Shown here: positions 57,990-64,000 of the stretch, piece by piece | How positions within the stretch are numbered: the first letter of the stretch is position 1 | How the letters are laid out: the number at the start of each line of letters is the position of its first letter | DNA from: an uncultured Lachnospiraceae bacterium | GTDB lineage: Bacteria; Bacillota; Clostridia; Lachnospirales; Lachnospiraceae | Assembly (NCBI GenBank): GCA_964531805.1 | Contig: CAZHGE010000001.1 | Span: forward strand, 29,205 to 93,204 | Direction: 5' to 3' | Length of the DNA: 64,000 nucleotides | Made by a program: the position numbers and the translations under genes | Notes under the pieces: generated by a model | Databases searched by the model: none | The model's input: only the letters and a program-made list of their open reading frames with translations | Told to the model about the DNA's origin: nothing

Positions 57990-59421
57990 TTTTCTTAAAA
58001 ATTCCTTTTTCTAAGGTATAACCAAGTTTTTTACAGTTTTTATCAATCACTGCCAAAAGCTCGTTATCGGTTAATACAGTTACACGACCACCAAGGTACT
58101 CTTCGTCAACCCATTTTTTCACTTCCTCTACCACTTCGCAATGTTTATCCACGTGCATTTCTTGTGGAAGACGGAAATATGTATTAATCCAGTACGCAAT
58201 TCCGGCAAGTCCTGATGTATTAGATACCGCACAAAGTACCGGTCTGTTTAAGAATTTTTCAGTGTCAAATATGTTATAGATTTCTTCATTCTTTAATAAA
58301 CCATCTGCATGGACACCCGCTCTTGTTACATTAAAATTCTTTCCTACAAATGGAGTACGCGGCGGAATTTCATAACCAATTTCTTTTTCGTAATACTCAG
58401 CTAATTCTGTAATTACTGTCGTATCCATACCATTTAAATGGCCTTTTAACTGGGCATATTCAAATACCATTGCTTCAAGTGGTGTGTTACCAGTTCTTTC
58501 TCCAATACCAAATAATGAAGTATTGATACCGGAACAACCATATAACCATGCTGTTGTAGAGTTTGCAACTGCTTTGTAAAAATCATTATGTCCATGCCAC
58601 TCTAACATTTCATGAGGTACACCTGCGTGCTTATTTAACGCATAGATAATTCCCTGTACACTTCGAGGAATAACAGCACCTGGGAAGTTTACGCCATACC
58701 CCATAGTATCACAGGCACGAACTTTAATTGGAATTTTATATTCTTCGCTAAGTCTCATCAATTCCAAACAAAACGGTACCACATAACCATAAATATCCGC
58801 TCTGGTAATATCCTCTAAGTGACATCTTACACTGATTCCTTCTTCCAAACAGTCACGAACAACACTTAAATAATGTTCCATTGCCTGTCTTCTTGTCATC
58901 TTTAATTTTAGGAAAATATGATAATCAGAACAGCTTACTAAAATACCCGTTTCTTTCATTCCAAGTTCTTTTACCAGTTTAAAATCTTCCTTGCTTGCGC
59001 GAATCCAACTGGTTACTTCTGGGAATTCATAACCTCGTTCCATACATTTATATACTGCATCACGATCTTTTTTACTATATAAGAAAAACTCACTGGCACG
59101 GATCATTCCATTTGGCCCACCCAATTTATGTAAATAATCGTAAATAGTTACAATCTGTTCTGTTGAATATGGGGCTCTTGACTGCTGTCCATCACGAAAT
59201 GTTGTATCTGTGATCCAAATATCTTTTGGCAGATCATGTGGAACAATTCGATCATTAAATGGAATTTTCGGCACCTCTGAATATGGAAACATATTACGGA
59301 ATACATTTGGTTTTTCCACATCATCCAAAATATACATATGTTCTTCAATCTCTAAAAGATTAGTCTTCTCGTTCATATACACGGGACGATTTGCAAAAAA
59401 ATCACTATTATTCTGTCGCAT
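57982..59421 (-). CDS. HMGL-like (DRE-TIM) Claisen-condensing enzyme of the homocitrate / 2-isopropylmalate synthase family; probable Re-citrate synthase by context
   Basis: ITDTTFRDGQQ, the metal-binding motif HGHNDF and a TIM-barrel pattern support the family. The operon link to icd and the clostridial setting suggest Re-face citrate synthase. The family call is firm; the substrate call is inference. Confidence 0.6.
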   Translation of the reverse strand: MRQNNSDFFANRPVYMNEKTNLLEIEEHMYILDDVEKPNVFRNMFPYSEVPKIPFNDRIVPHDLPKDIWITDTTFRDGQQSRAPYSTEQIVTIYDYLHKLGGPNGMIRASEFFLYSKKDRDAVYKCMERGYEFPEVTSWIRASKEDFKLVKELGMKETGILVSCSDYHIFLKLKMTRRQAMEHYLSVVRDCLEEGISVRCHLEDITRADIYGYVVPFCLELMRLSEEYKIPIKVRACDTMGYGVNFPGAVIPRSVQGIIYALNKHAGVPHEMLEWHGHNDFYKAVANSTTAWLYGCSGINTSLFGIGERTGNTPLEAMVFEYAQLKGHLNGMDTTVITELAEYYEKEIGYEIPPRTPFVGKNFNVTRAGVHADGLLKNEEIYNIFDTEKFLNRPVLCAVSNTSGLAGIAYWINTYFRLPQEMHVDKHCEVVEEVKKWVDEEYLGGRVTVLTDNELLAVIDKNCKKLGYTLEKGIFKKNE

Positions 59422-59493
59422 AACTTATCCTCCGATCCTTGTTTCATAAATTTTCCAATATTTTAAAATACACTTTATAAAACATCTCGTATA

Positions 59494-59522
59494 ATTGTAT
59501 ACAATCATGCAACTCGTGTCAA
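59494..59522 (-). promoter_or_regulatory. sigma-A promoter of the citrate synthase-like operon with an overlapping GntR-type palindromic operator
   Basis: Minus strand reads TTGACA (59522-59517), a 17-nt spacer, then TACAAT (59499-59494). The perfect palindrome ATTGTATACAAT (59494-59505) covers the -10 box. Confidence 0.55.
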
Positions 59523-59601
59523 TACACTTTAACACTTTATTACGCAAAAATTATTTACCTATTCTAAAATAATATAGGTTTATTTTTCCATATATTTTCG
59601 T

Positions 59602-59654
59602 AAAAAAAATGTGAATCAGCCTTGACTCATGTCTAAAACCAATTCACATTTTTT
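59602..59654 (-). terminator. terminator after the LRR surface protein gene
   Basis: Arms AAAAAAAATGTGAAT / ATTCACATTTTTT around a 25-nt loop, with a U run following on the minus-strand RNA. Confidence 0.6.
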
Positions 59655-59655
59655 A

Positions 59656-62535
59656 CTATATTTTTTTCTTACGATATAACAATAAAATAATACCTATTAA
59701 AGAAACACCAAGAGCAAACACATAATTTACTGGCAGACTATGATCTCCCGTATCTGGTGATTCGTCTTTTTTATAATTCTGAACTAATTTTCCGTTTTCT
59801 AAAGATAGGGATACCGCACTGTCTCCCGTTGCATAAATTGCATAATCGGACAAATGTGTTGCCGCAAAAGTAATCATTCCATCTTTTGTAATAGAATCCA
59901 CTTCTTCCAACTGGCCATCCGCATCCAAACATACAACACGATATCGATTGCCAGCTACTTCCTGCGTTATTGGCATCGATATTGTCAATTCACTCTTACC
60001 GAATTTGGTAATAGGAATATATCCTGTTACATCTGTTAATGTAATAGAATAACCTTCCATCTTTGGAATATCGTTACCAAACAATTCCTGATATGCTACG
60101 GTAATTCGTTCCTTTGAGGATTCGTCTACCTCAATCATAAGGGTTCCTACTACCTCTTCACCCGTAAAAGCAGCTGTAATAGAATCATTTACTGCTCCAT
60201 TATAAGAAACCTCAACCGTTCTTCTTGCTATGCCCGCTTTCCGATTGGCAGATAATTTATAATCCGCTTCAGGAATCGTATATGTCATTCCATTAAATGT
60301 AAATGTTTTAGTAAGTGCATTTAGTGATTCTGCAGATGTCGCATGACATTCTTTTACAGTTGCTGTTCCATTATCCAAAGTCACAATCAATCCCTGAAAA
60401 CCAGGTAATGACGAATCCAAGACAGAATCATCGTAATCATCACAGTCACTTGGAACAATTACAATATCAACATCACATAAAGCATCATCACGATATGCAC
60501 TATTACTTAAACGTTTGGATTCTTTTCCTACAGATATAACAGGCAGTTCTTTGCTTGAAAAGGCAATCACTTTTGTGTCATCTGTTTTATTGGTACCCGA
60601 AAAATCAATTGCTTTTAAGCCGATTTTTTCAATACCAGAAGGAAATGTATAATTTTCCAACGGACAATTCATAAATGCACGGTCGCGAATCTCTTTTACA
60701 TTTGCTCCGCCAGACACAGTCTTTAAATTACTGCAGTCCTTAAATGCATCCTCTCCAATGATTTCTAAAGATGCTGGAAGTGTTATGGATAAAATTTCTG
60801 TATGATCTTCAAAACAGTTTGGAGCAATCTGTTTAATTCCTTCCGGAAGAATAACTGCACCTTCTGTTCCCTTATAGGCTAATAAAATGCCATCTCCTAC
60901 TACTAAATAGGGACTTTGAGATGTATCCATAAAATTCTGAAGATAAGGAGTATTTTGGAATGCATACGCTTCAATTTCAGTCACTGATGCAGGAATAGAT
61001 ACCTTTGACAAACTATCACAATGATAAAATGCACCATATTCAATGGTCTTTACTCCATTTGGAATGTCAATGCTTATAAGACCACTTCTAGCAAAGGCAA
61101 ATTCACCAATATCGGTAACCGAATCGGGAACTTTATATGTAGTCATAGATTGATCTGCATAAAATCCCTGTGCAGCAATCTTATCATCTAATACTGCATA
61201 CTTAGGAAGATAACCGCCTTTGGTTTGATCATACAATACAGTGGATGCAGTTTTATTATTATTACCCTGTGCTGTTTCCTGACTGGAAGAAATCAAAGCT
61301 TCATCCTGTTGATTAACAACAGCTGTATTGTTGCTTGCATAATTACCATCCACGGGCACTGTAGATTCCATAGATGTAGTGCTCTGTGCTGCATTATTTT
61401 GATTGCCGCCATATACAACCGCTTCAGAAGAATCAATAAAGAGCATTGCATTTCCACCAACGACTAAAGTCTTTGCTTTCACACTTGGATCATCTAAAGA
61501 TGCCAAAGGATCCGATGAAGGCATATAATCCACATTGCTTGGATCTTGAATGGCACTGATCTGATTTTCTGTATTCGAAGCAATACCATCTTTTACTTCT
61601 GCTTCATGGGATGTTCCCGGAATAATCAAAACTTCCTCTTCTTCTGCCTGCTCAGCCGCTGTTCGAGCTAAATATTCCTGATAAAAGGTATATCCTGCAG
61701 TTCCTTTATCTGCAATAATATTTAATTTACGACATCCATCAAAAGCTGTCGGATCAATATAACTTACAGATGGTGGAATTACTACGTCTGTAAGAGATAC
61801 ACAATTTTCAAATGCCTTTGCATCAATCGTATTTACAGAATATGGAAGGGTAATATTCTTTAAACTGGTACAATTCGAAAAAGCATACCCTGGAATCTCT
61901 TCTAAATAATTACTTAAATCAATATATTCTAACGTATCATTTCCCCAGAACGAATAAGCATTAATGTCTTTTACCGTATTGGGCATATTATAAGTATCTG
62001 CATTATATCCATTTAAATAAGCAATCAATGTCTCTTTTTTATCATCATATAATGCACCTTTATCCAACACAAAATTGGAGTTTTTACTATCTATTTCAAT
62101 ATTTGAAAGAGAATGGCAGCCAGCAAAAACACCTTTTCCAATTTCTTCTACGCCTTCTCCAATCTTAACCTTAGATAAATAATCACATCCGCTGAATACA
62201 TAATCTCCAATGGAAATCACATTATCCGGTATGGTAACACTGGTAAGATACTTACAACCGGCAAATGCAGAAGATTTAATTTCTTCTGTATTTTTCCCAA
62301 CATTAACAGAACCAACATCCGTATTCTTGGAGAATGCTTCTGAACCAATTGTTTTTACAGTATCAGGAACAGACACAGCGGTAGCTATGCCTGTATATTC
62401 GACAAGAATGTCTTCATCCATCTGAAAATCTTCAACTGTATTTGCCGCAAAGGCTACTGGCATCGGTATCTGGGTCAAAATCAGCGCTGTAATAATAAAT
62501 AACGCACCCAATACCTTTCTAATTATTTTTGCCAT
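59656..62535 (-). CDS. cell-surface leucine-rich-repeat (BspA-like) protein with a C-terminal SPDTG sorting signal
   Basis: Signal peptide (MAKIIRKVLGALFIITALILTQIPMPVAFA). Two blocks of about 23-aa LRRs (..I.IP..V..IG..AF..C..L..V..) are separated by a low-complexity Q/N/S/T region. The C-terminus reads SPDTG (59746-59760) + hydrophobic segment + RKKKI. Confidence 0.85.
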   Translation of the reverse strand: MAKIIRKVLGALFIITALILTQIPMPVAFAANTVEDFQMDEDILVEYTGIATAVSVPDTVKTIGSEAFSKNTDVGSVNVGKNTEEIKSSAFAGCKYLTSVTIPDNVISIGDYVFSGCDYLSKVKIGEGVEEIGKGVFAGCHSLSNIEIDSKNSNFVLDKGALYDDKKETLIAYLNGYNADTYNMPNTVKDINAYSFWGNDTLEYIDLSNYLEEIPGYAFSNCTSLKNITLPYSVNTIDAKAFENCVSLTDVVIPPSVSYIDPTAFDGCRKLNIIADKGTAGYTFYQEYLARTAAEQAEEEEVLIIPGTSHEAEVKDGIASNTENQISAIQDPSNVDYMPSSDPLASLDDPSVKAKTLVVGGNAMLFIDSSEAVVYGGNQNNAAQSTTSMESTVPVDGNYASNNTAVVNQQDEALISSSQETAQGNNNKTASTVLYDQTKGGYLPKYAVLDDKIAAQGFYADQSMTTYKVPDSVTDIGEFAFARSGLISIDIPNGVKTIEYGAFYHCDSLSKVSIPASVTEIEAYAFQNTPYLQNFMDTSQSPYLVVGDGILLAYKGTEGAVILPEGIKQIAPNCFEDHTEILSITLPASLEIIGEDAFKDCSNLKTVSGGANVKEIRDRAFMNCPLENYTFPSGIEKIGLKAIDFSGTNKTDDTKVIAFSSKELPVISVGKESKRLSNSAYRDDALCDVDIVIVPSDCDDYDDSVLDSSLPGFQGLIVTLDNGTATVKECHATSAESLNALTKTFTFNGMTYTIPEADYKLSANRKAGIARRTVEVSYNGAVNDSITAAFTGEEVVGTLMIEVDESSKERITVAYQELFGNDIPKMEGYSITLTDVTGYIPITKFGKSELTISMPITQEVAGNRYRVVCLDADGQLEEVDSITKDGMITFAATHLSDYAIYATGDSAVSLSLENGKLVQNYKKDESPDTGDHSLPVNYVFALGVSLIGIILLLYRKKKI

Positions 62536-62571
62536 ATTATATGCCTTTCTACCTGTAAAGTTTTCCCTGAT

Positions 62572-62604
62572 TCCAAATGCCGGTCCGCAAAACGCGAACC
62601 GGCA
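62572..62604 (-). terminator. hairpin terminator between the two surface protein genes
   Basis: TGCCGGTCCGC-aaaac-GCGAACCGGCA (62578-62604) forms a 10-bp stem with one mismatch. It is followed on the minus-strand RNA by AUUUGGAAU, a weak U tract. Confidence 0.55.
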
Positions 62605-62613
62605 GATTAAACT

Positions 62614-64000
62614 TTATGAAATCATTGCTTTACGAGGTGTTACTTTGTCTTTTTTCATAAATAACAGGATAGAAATACAAGCAAGTCCTAATGAGAAGAA
62701 CCATTTTGGATGGATTCCATCTCCTGTTTTTGGTGTAGTATCCAACGTATTTACAGATAAGTTAGATGTATCTACATAAATTGTATATGGTGAAAAATGA
62801 GTTGCTGTAAAGGTTACACATGGAATACCGGATACTGTTGTAAATTTACAATTCAATTTCTCCAAGGTATTACCATTCACAACGGCACCTACTTTATTAT
62901 TACCACCATATTGTACTAATGCATCTGGAATTGGCATGGTTACATTTACAGAAAGACCATTTGTATTGGTTACCTGATTACCATTCTTATCATAAAGTGA
63001 AATATCCATTGCAAAGTACTTAATCGGATTCATATCGTAATATTCGTTAGATAATGCGGTTGCTACTGCATTGGCTGCTGCAGTACTCTCTGTAATCTTA
63101 ACAACGAAATTATCCGTCGAGCCGCTTACAGATGCATACGCTTTATCCGTATTCGAAATACCCGGTTTGGTAATCTGAACTGTTGAACCAGAGTTTCCAA
63201 TCGGCTTGCGATTCACAGAATTACTGCTTACGGAACTCTTATTACGATAAGTCGCTGTTACAACTGCATCTGAGCCAGTTGTCTTAACTGTTGTTGCCGC
63301 ACTTGTAGCACTTGTAATGGTTACACCTGTATTATTTGTAGTCCATTTGTAGAACTCTTTTCCTGCTGGTGGCTCGATTGCTGAAATAATTACCGTTGAA
63401 CCAGAAGCATATGTACCAGAACCATTACCGTATACTACTGTTAAGGTGTATTTCTTTACATTATCGTTATTTGAAACACTGCCATTTCCTGAGCCCGAAC
63501 CACTGCCTGAACCAGTACCAGAACCTGATCCGCTTCCTGAACCAGAACCTGTTCCACTGCCAGAACCTGTTCCACCAGAACCTGTTCCATTACCAGAGCC
63601 ACTACCACCGCCGGTTCCATCACCACCAGAACCCGTTCCACCATTATTTGGATCATTTGGATATTCATCCTTAATATCCGGTGTACCATCTCCATCGGTG
63701 TCTTTTGCTGTAATATTGGCAATAAAGAAACAAGTCTGTGTGACATTGGTCAGATCTTCTGTTCCTTCCCAACCAGTTAATTCATAGCCTTCTTCAATAT
63801 AATCTGCAAGATCAATCTCATCAGGAGCTTCTTTTCTTACATTTGTACCAGGTTGAACACCAGTAAGCTTACCTACTTCCACCAAGCCCTTATCCTGACG
63901 TACATAGAAGGTAACGTTTAATGTTCCATCTTCAGGAATCACTTCACTAATATCAATTCCTTGTTTTAAATCTTCTGCCTGTTGACGAATTGGCGCGGTT
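62614..64000 (-). CDS. cell-surface protein (Listeria-Bacteroides-type repeats, TSP3-like Ca-binding repeat, G/S/T linker, TPKTG sorting signal); N-terminus lies beyond the right edge
   Basis: The track start at 63942 is a GTG and the frame stays open to position 64000 by my own translation (...APIRQQAEDLKQGIDISEVIPEDG). Motifs include EGYELTGWEG, DTDGDGTPDIKDEYPNDPNN and GKEFYKWTT. The C-terminus reads TPKTG (62722-62736) + hydrophobic segment + KKDK. Confidence 0.85.
   Translation of the reverse strand, partial: TAPIRQQAEDLKQGIDISEVIPEDGTLNVTFYVRQDKGLVEVGKLTGVQPGTNVRKEAPDEIDLADYIEEGYELTGWEGTEDLTNVTQTCFFIANITAKDTDGDGTPDIKDEYPNDPNNGGTGSGGDGTGGGSGSGNGTGSGGTGSGSGTGSGSGSGSGSGTGSGSGSGSGNGSVSNNDNVKKYTLTVVYGNGSGTYASGSTVIISAIEPPAGKEFYKWTTNNTGVTITSATSAATTVKTTGSDAVVTATYRNKSSVSSNSVNRKPIGNSGSTVQITKPGISNTDKAYASVSGSTDNFVVKITESTAAANAVATALSNEYYDMNPIKYFAMDISLYDKNGNQVTNTNGLSVNVTMPIPDALVQYGGNNKVGAVVNGNTLEKLNCKFTTVSGIPCVTFTATHFSPYTIYVDTSNLSVNTLDTTPKTGDGIHPKWFFSLGLACISILLFMKKDKVTPRKAMIS
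63478..63642 (-). repeat. coding low-complexity G/S/T linker built from short degenerate DNA repeats
   Basis: It encodes GGTGSGGDGTGGGSGSGNGTGSGGTGSGSGTGSGSGSGSGSGTGSGSGSGSGNGS. The plus-strand DNA shows reiterated CCAGAACCTGTTCC-like units. Confidence 0.85.

Noticed and set aside
63478-63642. Short reiterated DNA units that could look like a CRISPR or other repeat array
   Set aside because: The units are about 6-15 bp, degenerate, contiguous and in frame within a long CDS. There are no unique spacers and no cas genes.
63396-63787. Plus-strand and alternative-frame ORFs with P/E-rich (PEPEPLPEPVPEP...) or H/Q-rich sequence
   Set aside because: They are frame shadows of the G/S/T linker repeat in the minus-strand surface protein gene. 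Low-complexity DNA stays open in several frames.
1-64000. Search for mobile elements, prophage, defence systems (restriction-modification, CRISPR-Cas, retron, Abi) and rRNA/tRNA genes
   Set aside because: There are no transposase, integrase, reverse transcriptase, Cas, methyltransferase-nuclease pairs or tRNA-like cloverleaf regions. Non-coding gaps are all 251 bp or shorter and are accounted for. Only the mazF toxin is defence or stress related.

Overview
Gene-dense chromosomal core region of a low-GC Firmicute. Gene content and order look clostridial, possibly Lachnospiraceae-like, but that taxonomic guess is inference. All but one of the roughly 53 protein genes are on the minus strand; the exception is an ABC-F ATPase gene at 53908-55878. 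From right to left on the minus strand the window holds: two tandem cell-surface proteins; a putative Re-citrate synthase / GntR / NADP-isocitrate dehydrogenase operon; rex; nnr, alr and mazF; a CBS/CorC protein; yebC; metY; a TepA-like ClpP paralog; ftsK; fhs; nfnAB; rlmH; yqfC, yqfD, phoH and ybeY; a MOP flippase; two FAD enzymes; proB; 5-formyl-THF cyclo-ligase; miaB, mutS, mutL and miaA; the radC-mreBCD-pbp2-minCDE-rodA-mgsA-dacB morphogenesis cluster; ylmE, sepF and aroB; and a truncated lspA. I see no rRNA, tRNA, CRISPR array, transposase, integrase, reverse transcriptase, prophage or recognisable defence island. All function calls rest on motif and family recognition by eye, because no database search was possible. 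I do not see a convincing multi-gene novel system. The least explained items are listed here. (1) A GC-rich, roughly 165-bp nested inverted-repeat multi-stem element fills the unusually long mutS-mutL spacer. (2) An apparently intact EndoA/MazF toxin gene follows alr with no room for the usual upstream antitoxin. (3) A tandemly duplicated hairpin module, plus a possible leaderless 14-codon uORF, sits in the leader of the only plus-strand gene. (4) Two surface proteins carry SPDTG and TPKTG sorting signals instead of LPXTG. (5) A perfect 12-bp palindrome overlaps the -10 box of the citrate synthase-like operon. (6) PBP2 carries a roughly 250-residue insertion. Several ORF-track N-termini are artefacts (alternative start codons, RBS or terminator sequence read as codons) and were trimmed.
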